This document shows, one piece after another, positions 37,901-48,324 of a stretch of DNA of 64,000 nucleotides. The DNA lies in contig CAIIXF020000001.1 of assembly GCA_903813345.2 (NCBI GenBank), positions 4,216,001 to 4,280,000 of the forward strand. The letters run 5' to 3'. How positions within the stretch are numbered: the stretch's first letter is position 1; each line of letters opens with the position of its first letter. The notes beneath the pieces are model-generated. The model did not search any database. It was not told the DNA's origin and saw nothing but the letters and a program-made list of their open reading frames with translations. Source of the DNA: Owenia fusiformis. Its lineage: Eukaryota. The translations under genes were made by a program, and so were the position numbers.

Positions 37901-39094
37901 GAATAAATACACCTTATTACAAAACTTTAAGTATTGATTTTGATATTTCATGAAAGATGAAGAAGCCAGGACAACTGCTATAGTGGATGCTGTTGGTAGG
38001 TTATGTCAGAATCATAATGCTACAACAACACAACAACTGAAACAACTGCTGCAAGTAGACGAATTAGATGGGTAAGAATTGAGAAAGATTCAGAATATTT
38101 TATGATAATCTAGAATTAAGTCACGTGTGTTAGTATATTAATCCCAGCTTAATAAACAATAATTATAATCTGAGATTAAGTCAGCTTTAGTATGTTAATC
38201 CCAGCTAATAAAATAAACAATGTAAAAATTACAATTTGGTGATTTAGAGCAATCGAGTTCAAACTTCTTGATCAGGCCAATATGTGCACAACGATTACTG
38301 AAACTCAGAGATAAGATGCCATGATATTACACTTATATGTGCTTTTTAAAAGAAGAAATTGTTGGATTTGGATTCATCTCAGTATATTGACAACAATTTG
38401 AATTCCGTTTATGTAGGATAAATGTTAATAATATCTGTATACATACCGTATACAGTATGTTTGTAATTTCACTGCTACTTTTAGACACTTAACTCATATA
38501 GTGTTATTAAAATATATTCAGAAAAATAATGTGCACAGTCAATGTATGTGATCATATTGCATTCTATGTCTGTGTTTTGTAGAGTGATCAAGAAGCTTGA
38601 GGAACATGAGTCATTCTTTCCAGTCTTCCAAGACATCATCTCAAAGCTTATGGAGATATTAGGTGAGTTTTATCTTTGTATTGCTACTCTACCGAAAATT
38701 CCAAATCATTATGTTTTTTCAATTATTAGTTAGGCCCATTAGCCACAGAAATGTCCCTAAGTGGAACATAAAGAGAGATAAAGACAGGGAGGTTGAATTT
38801 TATAATGATCAATATCTCCATTCTGTCCTGAAGATGAATAGGTGACATCTTTCTGCTTACTCTATGTTTTTATGTTGCCATAGTAACAAAATCCACAATC
38901 ACTTTACAGAGTTTTCAGATCATAAACTATATAAATATTAATTCTTGAAACTTGAAAGAGCATTATGAATGCTCAGATATTAGTGAAGTTAAGTGTTCAG
39001 CTTGCTTAATTTTGAATTTTTACTTGTTTCAGATGTACATAAAATGGACCAAGTAATACCTGCAGTGAGAGCTGTGAAACTGTTAGCCACATAG
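25247..39094 (+). CDS. CEP70: Centrosomal protein of 70 kDa, about 618 aa, 18 coding exons
   Basis: Exons 25247-25276 (alternative first exon 29228-29257), 29460-29559, 30371-30494, 30912-31008, 31394-31567, 33567-33652, 33951-34019, 34388-34466, 34751-34839, 35366-35443, 35884-35986, 36320-36418, 36686-36856, 37180-37312, ~37469-37636, 37957-38071, 38583-38662 and 39033-39094. Motifs [62 protein letters not shown] and HESFFPVFQ...ILDVHKMDQVIPAVRAVKLL resemble CEP70. The first exon and one junction are uncertain. Confidence 0.9.
25527..26410 (-). mobile_element. 5'-truncated, decayed non-LTR retrotransposon (I/Nimb-like): RNase H, C-terminal zinc knuckle and 3' tail
   Basis: ORF 26279-25764 has VPGHVNIIGNEVADKYAK (RNase H C-terminal motif) and LISGH...CELCNKPEIVDHYIISC (CCHC). 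Upstream GPAGSAAIIY...GNNFLEEVYAL fits the RNase H N-terminus, with an internal deletion. The 3' end is a (CAAA)n tail at 25527-25540. Confidence 0.85.
26687..27675. repeat. Diverged tandem duplication, 2 x ~480-510 bp
   Basis: AATAATGACTAACAC at 26687 and 27168; AAATTCTTACCTCAGTGAATTGAGTGCTCTAT and CTCATTGTGACAACTTTTGAT each occur twice in register. Confidence 0.85.
28210..28626 (+). mobile_element. Helentron-associated (HINE/DINE-like) element
   Basis: Starts TTATTGTTAGACTCCAGATT with a 5' hairpin; subterminal inverted copy AATCTGGAGTCT near 28592; ends CTAGT. Confidence 0.6.
31305..31378. repeat. Minisatellite, 18-bp unit, about 4 copies
   Basis: GAGGATT(C/A)CATATGACAT repeats just upstream of the CEP70 exon at 31394. 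Confidence 0.7.
31806..33330 (+). mobile_element. Helentron-associated (HINE/DINE-like) element with a GTCY microsatellite and internal tandem array
   Basis: Starts TTTTTATTAGCTCACATGGTG; (GTCC)n(GTCT)n at 31848-31926; AAACCTCTGTCGATAGGATTCC-like units near 31950, 32103, 32452, 32788 and 33150; subterminal CACCATGTGAGC at 33297; 3' hairpin AGTACC-CAC-GGTACT followed by a T run. Confidence 0.85.
34900..35076. mobile_element. Tc1/mariner-type MITE with TA duplication
   Basis: TA-CGGTAAAACCTGT...ACAGGTTTTACTG-TA; related ends near 13760, 21090 and 49067. Confidence 0.75.
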
Positions 39095-39555
39095 CATATG
39101 AGAACATTACATCCACAATTCACAATGTCAACAAACTAACCAATCGAGGAGTAAAATGACAATATAGCCTACTGTATCCTAGCATATGGGAACATTAAAA
39201 CCACAATGTATGAGCACATTACTAATTAGAACCACAAAATCAACTAACAAAGTGAGGGTTACAATGACAAGAAACTTACTCTCTATTGGATACCCATTAA
39301 CAAAGACTATCATGATTACATAGCATACTATATAAACTCTCATGATTGGAACCAAGGAGAACTATAAAAGTCTATAAAAACCTTTGTTCAGTAATGTGGT
39401 ATGAGACTGACACTGTGCTGTTAGCTGCCCTTCCTCTTATTTATTATAAACATTTGGCCTCATTCAACAATAACAAAACTTATGATAAGAATCATTAGAG
39501 GCTATGTTAGGAAAACAAAGAAATATATTATACAGAACAATATATATATAATATA

Positions 39556-39990
39556 TACTGTAGATTGGGTTAATTTGGCGATACTTAATTTGGCGATTTT
39601 GCCATATTTGGCATATTGGCGGCTATTTAATTTGGCGGATTGCAAAAAGAAAAAAAAATTTTTAAGGACCACTGGCGATATTCACCACGTTTGTACATTT
39701 TTGTGAGATCATCCTTTACATTTTGTACCTCGATCTATGCTGCTACCATACTGCTTTTTTCCCTGAGTATTAATGAGTGACTGACCAGTTCTGAGCCAAT
39801 TTATGAGAGACATTTTTCATATTTTTGGAAAAAGCTAAACCGGAAGTGACCTAAATACACTGGACCAAATACCCTAGATAATTCCCGGGGATTCATTCTA
39901 AATTTTGGCGAAGATTTAAATTGGCGAATTTTTCATTTTCGCCAAATTCGCCAAATTAAAGCGGGCGCCAAATTAACCCAATCTACAGTA
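39556..39990. mobile_element. Tc1/mariner-type MITE, copy 2 (inverted relative to 12411-12900); probably in the CEP70 3' UTR
   Basis: Same TIR and internal sequence (for example CCGGAAGTGACCTAAATACAC and CCCTAGATAATTCCCGGGGATTCATTCTAAATTTT), inserted in a TA-rich run. Confidence 0.92.
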
Positions 39991-40574
39991 TATATAATAG
40001 GATGTATTTGTACTGATGCCCTTTAAGGGCCAAAGGTACATCCAACATACACTTTTTATTAACAGTAAAAAATAACAACAAAGTAACAGAACAATATATT
40101 ATACAATACAATATAGTATTTAGTACACTCATTAATGTGCGACTGCTGACTAGCTAGACTTGTTGGTAAATTGTAATTTTTATTACCGCTACCACATTAC
40201 TTCATACATTTCACATAATCAATGATTTCAAGATAATTTTAGTATGCTGGTACAGAACATTTATATGTGATGATGTTGTAGTGTTTTAGTGCATTTGTTC
40301 AATGACAATGACATTGGACAGTGCCCCTGTAACTTGAAAAACGATTAGCATCACCTGTTACTGCATTCATCTCATGATCTTGCCACATTTGTTATATTCT
40401 ATGAATTTTTTTCTCATTAGTGTACTCAATTTATCACTCTTTTTGTCGCTATTTTACATTATTGGAGAATTATTTTAAAAATAAATATCAATAAATAATA
40501 CAAATTTTAAGTGTTCTGTTTTTAAAATGAAATTTTACATTACATGTACTGTATATCACTTGTGGTATATGTAA

Positions 40575-41355
40575 TTATCCCAACGAACTAAGTTCGGTAG
40601 GGATATAGTGAAGCCCTCCGTCCGTCTGTCCGTCCGTCAGTCAGTCAGTCCGTCCGTCTGTCCGGAAGATAACTCAAATACTAGTAGATGGATTTTCTTC
40701 ATATTTAGTGGAGAAATGTATATTGGTGAATAGTTTTACGCAAAAAATGTTTTTCAAGATGGCCGCCGCTTTAAAAATGACGGGACTTTTTCGCAAAAAT
40801 CATAAATTTTTCATTCTTAACCAAAGTAATTAATATTATTGTTTGAAATTTTGGTAGTATATTCACAACATTTATCTATTTCACATATATTCCGTGTTTT
40901 TCATCCTGACCCCCAGGGGCCGTGTATGGGGGGACAGGAAAACAGAAATTTTCGCTAATTTCTAGATCTTTCTGAAGTATAGCTTTATTATACTCAAATG
41001 AAAGGCAATTAAGAGTAGATTGCAAATATTGTATCTTTTTTCTGATTCCAGCCTTGTAAAATTCAAAATGGCCGTCTAATGTACGATTTCGCAATAATTT
41101 TTCGATCCCTTCAAAGTACATGTATGGCTATATTATACTCAAATTGAAGGAATTTTGGAGTAGATCACAATTATGGTATTATTTTTCAGATTTGTATCTC
41201 CGAAAATTCAAAATGGCTGCTTTGCAGGAATTCGCAATTCTAAAATCTAATTTTTTCAATTTTAACCAAAGTAATGAGTATAATTGATTGTAATTCGGTA
41301 ATTGATATTTTGTTCGTTGGGATTTGCTACTCCGCAGAGTTGCCGTTATCTAGTT
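40575..41355 (+). mobile_element. Helentron-associated element, copy 1
   Basis: Starts TTATCCCAACGAAC; GTCY microsatellite; subterminal GTTCGTTGGGAT; 3' hairpin; ends CTAGTT. Near-identical copy at 54921-55648. Confidence 0.85.
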
Positions 41356-42240
41356 AAATATAATCTAATGAATAAAGAACAATTTAAAATTGTTTATAGT
41401 AAATTCTGCATGTACTGTAAACCAAGAAATATCTTGTTTGTGCTAGTCACAAATAAATTCTAGAAACATAAATCACCCAGGGACGAGTTGATTTAAAGTC
41501 GGTTGATCATTTTCCAATGCAGCACATAGTGATATTTTTTCTCTAGCTCTGGGGTTTGAATATTGTTTCAGTTTGCCCTATCTTATTTTACAGCTACTAC
41601 CAACAGTATGGTTATTATCTGCCACCCATGTTGCAATCAGTTACAATAAATCAAAGATTTATTGATAAAATGTACTTTTGATAAACTTATGAATACATAT
41701 GTAAAAAGGCCCTTGACACATACTGAGCTGTATATCTTGTGCTGCATTTTACATTCTTTCACTAGTAGAAAGTCACATCATATGTAGGCTAGGATTACAT
41801 TATCATTTTCCTATAGCATGTGAAATTGCCATTTTAATTTTGTCATTTCATGCTGATCAATACTATCGACAATTTGCATCTCAGATTTACCTAAGAGTAT
41901 GAAGAAAAGAATCTAATTGCAACCTTTCAGACACGCCCACTTTTCAAAGACCAATGCAGAATATTATGTCATCTAAATGTCTTCGGTGTTATATATAGTT
42001 CTACGCAATGACAGTTTATTAGAAACCAGATACACATTAATAAACGAAAAATACACACGGCTGCATGATCAATATCAAGTTACTAACGCTAACCTTATCA
42101 TGATAATCAATCAAAGTCGAAAGTACGAATCGTGTTCGAAAATTTTTGTTGACATTACGACGAACTTCCGGTGAATTGACCAATCAGCATCGAGACTTTA
42201 CAGGTGACCTCTTGAGTTTGATAGTGAATATTCTAACATA

Positions 42241-45200
42241 ATGAGCCGTGGTAGAGCGCTATTATCGACACTCTCCAAGATGCCGAAGATGTATTCAGCC
42301 CCAGAGAACCTGAAGGTGCCGATGAACTTCCCAAAGAAGTTACTGATGGGTCCGGGACCGTCCACAGCACCACCTAGAGTGCTTGCAGCAAGTGCCCTCC
42401 CCCTATTGGGACATCTTCACCCAGAATTCACACAGGTGTCTAACAGATTTTACTATTTTTATCATCCTTGATTGTACATGTATATAGATTTTTGTATATG
42501 TCGATTTCAGTTGAGAATGTATTCTATTTCTGTTATTTCTTGGAGTTATAGTGTACACGATTAGTTTACATCATTTGAACACATTGTTGCGCAGACTTCA
42601 TCTGTTCGTTCTGGAGACATCATCGAAGGATGTTCACAATCATAAGTACATGTACATGCATGTACCCATATGACTTATCTTATCAATACATGTGGACATG
42701 TTCATGTAGCCTACATGCTATATGAACATGTTGGAGTCTAATTGTAATTGTAAATGAAAGTCTAGTTCAATCATGGGTTTTCATGGTTCAATCAATGTGT
42801 TCCACACTTATCGTATACAATCCAGAAAAAAAGATGACATTGTCATGAGCTTTCTAAAGTCTTTCGAAAGCCTGTGGCATGGTGCGGCATAAGTGTAGTT
42901 ATAGACCAAATGACCAATGAAATAGTGACAGAAACTACTCGGTGGCAGATTTTATTTCATAATTTTCATCATGTCCTTTCAACGCCCATGTTTTCATGTC
43001 CCTATCCAAAGACATGGGACGTGGTCATGTCTAAGGTTGTATAGACAATTGCCATATATAACAATAAGATACGTGTATATCCAGATACATGTAGTGTTTC
43101 TTTACATTTAAATGTTTATTTTCAGATAATGGATGATGTGAAAGATGGCTTAAGATATGCATTCCAAACCAAAAATGAACTTGTTTTAGCTGTATCTGGC
43201 ACAGGTAACAATTAGCTCTTTTGGCCAATTGACCAGTTGCTATATAGTTGGATTGTTTGGACTGGATACCAGTATTCAGAATAGAAATTATTTTAAAAGT
43301 CAATTCATTTCTCAATTAATTCATCAAATATTTCTAATTTGAATGTATGTAAACCTTCATTGGCAAAAACCTCATGATCTTGACCTTGTTAATGTGAAAA
43401 TTGGAAGCTAGATAGTTGTGATACTTCTCATTTAAGAAAGAATTCCTTAATGATGTTTAGACAACTTCATGAGCTCTAAAAAATCTTTTCTGATATGAAA
43501 TATTCTGAAGTGTACATTGTAAATGTATTTTTGATGAGCAAATGCTTTATCATTTTAGGTCATGCTGCCATGGAGACCGCTGCCTGTAACTTAATAGAAG
43601 ATGGGGATGTGGTTATGGTCTGCAACATGGGGCTCTGGGGTACACGGTTTGCTGACATGGCAGAGAGGCATGGTGCTGATGTCAGACAGCTCAAAAAAGA
43701 TTTTGGCCAAGCTTTTACCCTTGAAGAAATTGAACAGGTAACCTCTATTAAAACATGAAAGTATCTGCATTTTTTGTATTTTTGTATTTGAATTGCCTGC
43801 ATTACATAAATGCGTGGAGTAGTGAAAGTTACATGCACATTTGTACATAAACAAATCAAACAATCACATTTTATCCCTTGTTCTGTATATTTCCTCTGCA
43901 GGGTCTTAAGGATCATAAGCCTGTTCTAGTCTTCCTGGCTCAGAGTGAGTCATCATCCACCGTCCTTCAACCAGTAGAGGGAGTAGGGGCCCTTTGTAGA
44001 AAGTAGGTCAAACAACTTTCATTTATTTTACTGTATATTTCTATTTTATACAACTGAATAATGTGTAACTGGTTAATTTTAGATACAGATAATTAATACA
44101 TTAATACATATTCTGTATGATGTTTTGTATATTTCAGACACAACGCTCTCCTTTGTGTTGACACTGTAGCCTCTTTAGGTGGTGCTCCTTTCTACATGGA
44201 TGCTTGGGGTAAGTAAACAGTACCCACATGAAATTAACTATAGGTAGGGCAAGCTTGGAATGGAAAAATTGTCTGACCAATCAATCTTACAGATCGTTTC
44301 CATTCTGTGCAAGTCCTACATACAAGGCTAAGTAAGAGCCCTTTATAAATTATTAGCCAAAGCACTATACATTATATTGTTTTCACATTTTTACTTTTCA
44401 CGTTGGATTACGATGTCTATTAAACGAATTAGCTTTGAAAATGTTAAACTTCATAGATTTTTACTTTTTACTTTTTGTCATGGTTATTTTTGTGGCTATT
44501 GCTCTACTAACGACACATAGCAGGCAGTAAAATGCAAAATTCTTTTGATGTAAGAGCAATGCTGGGCTTTAAAAGCTTGACATCATTTTGGCCAGATTAA
44601 TAGATACCACAGCCTGGTGCATTTAGTGAATTAGGAGGGTTCAGGAAAACAACGAATACTTGTTTTGCTATCAAATCCAAGAATTTTATTGAAAACATAG
44701 CCAATGTAGAGTTTGTGAACAGTATGACACTATGTTTATATTAAAAAAGATTTGGGTTAAAACTAACACTAGAAGAATAAACTTAGTTAAACCTTTGTTT
44801 TAATTAAAATAAGTAGATATTTTATTTTATAAGCAACAATTGTGTTTGTTTGTTTTTTGGGTCACCCTGTAACATAATTTGTTGATGTTTCTTGTTAGAT
44901 ATTGATGTCGTCTACAGCGGTGCACAAAAAGTACTTAGTGCTCCCCCTGGTGCTAGTCCTATATGCTTTAATGAGAGAGCTAGGTATTAATTTGCTTGTT
45001 TTTCTATTCATGAATCTATAATTCCCCCCTGTTTGTGTTGTTAGATGTTTAATCGAACTTCCATCGGAATCTTCGTAGAAACCTGTTGTTGGCCTATAGA
45101 TGGCATAATGAGCTATGGGATTACAAAAGACAGCCAATACATCTCTATTATAGTTATCTCGATAAAACAATTTATACTGGGATTGTGGGATTATATTTGG

Positions 45201-46895
45201 TCAAACTAAGTTAGTGGTCATTTTTTTAAAAAAATTGTCTTTTAACACTTACAACTGTCATGTTTTGAAATGCAGTTTGTGGATGCAGCAAGGAAGTACT
45301 GCCCTTTGAGCCTAACCAAAGTAATATAAAACCTTAGTAATTTTAGCTGGTTTTGAGTTCATTTTGAGTTTTGATCAATTTAAAAGTATATGTATCTAAA
45401 TTTGATAAACTAAAAAAAGTAAACTGAAAATACTAATTTTGCAGGCAGAAGTTGGTGAACAGAAAGACAAAACCGAGATCATTTTACTTTGACATGAACT
45501 TCCTGAGTAATTACTGGGGATGTGATGGCGAGGCTAGAAGGTAAGAGACCTCCATCCTTTTGAAAGAGAATATCTGAATTATATACAGACTAACCATATC
45601 ATAGATCCAGACTCATCATGCCTCATCATATAATATCCCTTAAAAAGCAGACCAACTAAGAAATGTTTAGTTCCTAAGATGCTGACCATTCATAAAATGA
45701 ACGACTTATAAAATAAATGATGTAATTGTTGAGTATAATTTATGATCTTTTAAGACTTCCTCAAAGTCTGAAATATTCAACTGATAATTATAATTCTATC
45801 TAATTCATGTAATTACAGTCTCATTATAATATCTTTAGATACCACCACACTGGGGTCATCAGCAGCATATATGCTCTCAGAGAGGGGCTGTCTATGCTGG
45901 TTGAGGAAGGTCTTGAGGCCAGCTGGCAAAGACATGCTGACTGCACACAACTCTTCCATGATGGCCTTGCCAAGATGGGATTATCCTGCTTTGTTGAAGA
46001 TAAGGTATATCTTATTTAACTCTCTGGTGTCTGGGATATTCTCTAATGCAGCGAAATGGCCAACCTATAATGCCAAAGGCGATTGGTGGCTGAAATGTAT
46101 TAAACTTGCATAAAGTTTATTTATAAAAAAGATTTTCACCAGATATGATCAGGATAAACTTCAGATATGATCCCTCCTAGGCTACAACCTCCATTTAGAT
46201 CTATGAATTTTTGCTTCAGAATATTCGCCTACCGACTCTTACTGCTGTGAATGTGCCTGAGGGCGTCAATTGGAAGGAAGTGGCAGACTTTGTCATGGAT
46301 AAGTGAGTGAAAAACTGCTTTATGTTTTCTACAGAGAGGATTGGCAAATCACATAATTGAATGGCGTTTTCATGGAACTATGATGTCATAGCATTTTCCT
46401 GGGATATTTATTGTGTCGATTTTTCATTGAAGTTTTATTTTATTTTAAGTGTCTGAAATGACATAGAGCTTCTATAAATTGAGTAAAATTCCTTCTTGTA
46501 CAATGTGTGAAATCATCTATCATCCCAACCGTCCAATGATAGATGAATCACTGTCGAAACATAAGTGTTTTCCATATAAAATATCATAAGCGGATTGTAG
46601 GTCTGGAGAATTGAATATTACAATATGATACCGCTTGCTTCAAGCTTCAGATATTAAAACATAGTGATTGAGCATGGAACCGATAATGATATGATACCAT
46701 CTAAAATATGTTTTGTTCTATATTCACTGAGAGATATATGTGTGTTTCAGATATAAGGTTGAGATATCTGGAGGATTGGGACCATCAGCTGGCAAAGTGT
46801 GGAGAATTGGAGTGATGGGCTACAATGCTGAACCAGCTAATGTTAATCTAGTCCTACGTGCATTACAAGATGGTATAGATAAATGCAAGAAATAA
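42241..46895 (+). CDS. AGXT: Alanine-glyoxylate / serine-pyruvate aminotransferase (class V PLP enzyme), 399 aa, 10 exons
   Basis: Exons 42241-42435, 43126-43204, 43559-43737, 43902-44002, 44138-44208, 44899-44983, 45445-45540, 45839-46004, 46220-46302 and 46751-46895 (1200 nt, GT-AG, phases consistent). Motifs [36 protein letters not shown] (PLP lysine), RRYHHT and [20 protein letters not shown]. Confidence 0.97.
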
Positions 46896-48324
46896 AGGCA
46901 AGTAGCATAAGAAAGATATTCCATATTCACTTGAACTTGGATTTGATTATTTTGAATGGAGTTAATATTTGAAACAACCAAGTGACTACATTGAGCTATT
47001 ATTGCTTATCTGAGGACAGATTGTGTTACAGTAAAGAAGTCACATCTGATTTAATTCCCCGCCTAATATAATGGACTTATTCATGATTACACAAATGCTT
47101 TGTCATTCATTTTGATTTCCAAAGTCATGAGTGGATGTGTCGGTTATGGCCACTTTCTGTAATGGTTTTGATTCGTCTTATGATAATATGAATCAAACTG
47201 GATTCATTCCAGGACCATCCATCACCTAGTTTTTGTATTTAAACCCATTCAGTTATTTAGAAATTAAAAAATTATTTCTGATTTTCAGGGTAATTTGGGA
47301 CTTCAATTCAGAGCTTCGTCAAAAGGAAGTAGCCAAAGTGACATTCCTAGTTCTTTCCACAAACATGGACAATTCGACATACAGTATTGTAACTCTGAGC
47401 TCAATAATACAATAAGGAAAACTTTGTGATATTAAGACATTTCTTCGCATATTAAAATATATGCTGAACTCAGTGCACTGATATATTAAAATCAGTCTCA
47501 AACCTCTCAAGCAATTCAGATATTTAAACTAGATTTACGTGAAAGTCTGAGGATTTATAATATTGATGGAGTATATTCCAAGGTGAGGGTTTATAGGGAT
47601 TTTAGAGCACATTTTACACATACTAAAGATAAAATTAAACCAAAAATCATGCAATATTTACAAGAATTTAAAATAGAACAAATTTTGTCATTATTCTGTT
47701 TTATTTATAAATAAATTAAAAATATATTCTATTTTACATAGAATTAGCAATATGTAACGACATCATTTTATAACATACACCATGCACAAACCTTATAAAA
47801 GATCATTGTTGCTTACAATACAATTTGCCAAATAAAATACAAAACATGGATTTGTAAAAATAAATGATTTGTTATTTTAGAGGTTCAACCAATTTGAAAT
47901 GTACATAATCACAAAGTAATTGATGAGAAGGGGGGGGGACAGTCATTATAGTGTACATATTATGAGTAGTGAAATAGAGTTGAACAGCTCCATTCTTCAG
48001 TTCAGTAAAACATGGATCTATTAGGAGCTTGAGGTATAAATAAACCAAAATCAAATACATTTCCACTACAATATGACGAGTGGGCAAATTCAGTTTAATC
48101 TGGATGTGTAATGATGGAACAGAAAAGAAACATGGAAGGTATTGGGAATACTCATTGCCTTTTGGCAAAAACAGAGACCTATAAAACATATATGTCTTTA
48201 GCAGAAATATTTGAGGTAACAATCATACTGGTAGACCTTGAAGAGACAAGTACACACACTTTCAATCAACAGGTCTGTCAGATGTGGCTACCCTATATAG
48301 AAGCCCAGGTATCATTAAATGTTG

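Noticed and set aside
40876-41121. ORF duplicated at 55181-55435, looking like a small gene family
   Set aside because: Both lie inside copies of the same non-autonomous repeat and differ by a frameshift.
46893-46910. Stop-codon readthrough creating a peroxisomal signal on AGXT
   Set aside because: Readthrough gives X-R-Q-V-A*, which is not a PTS1, and TAA-A is a poor readthrough context.
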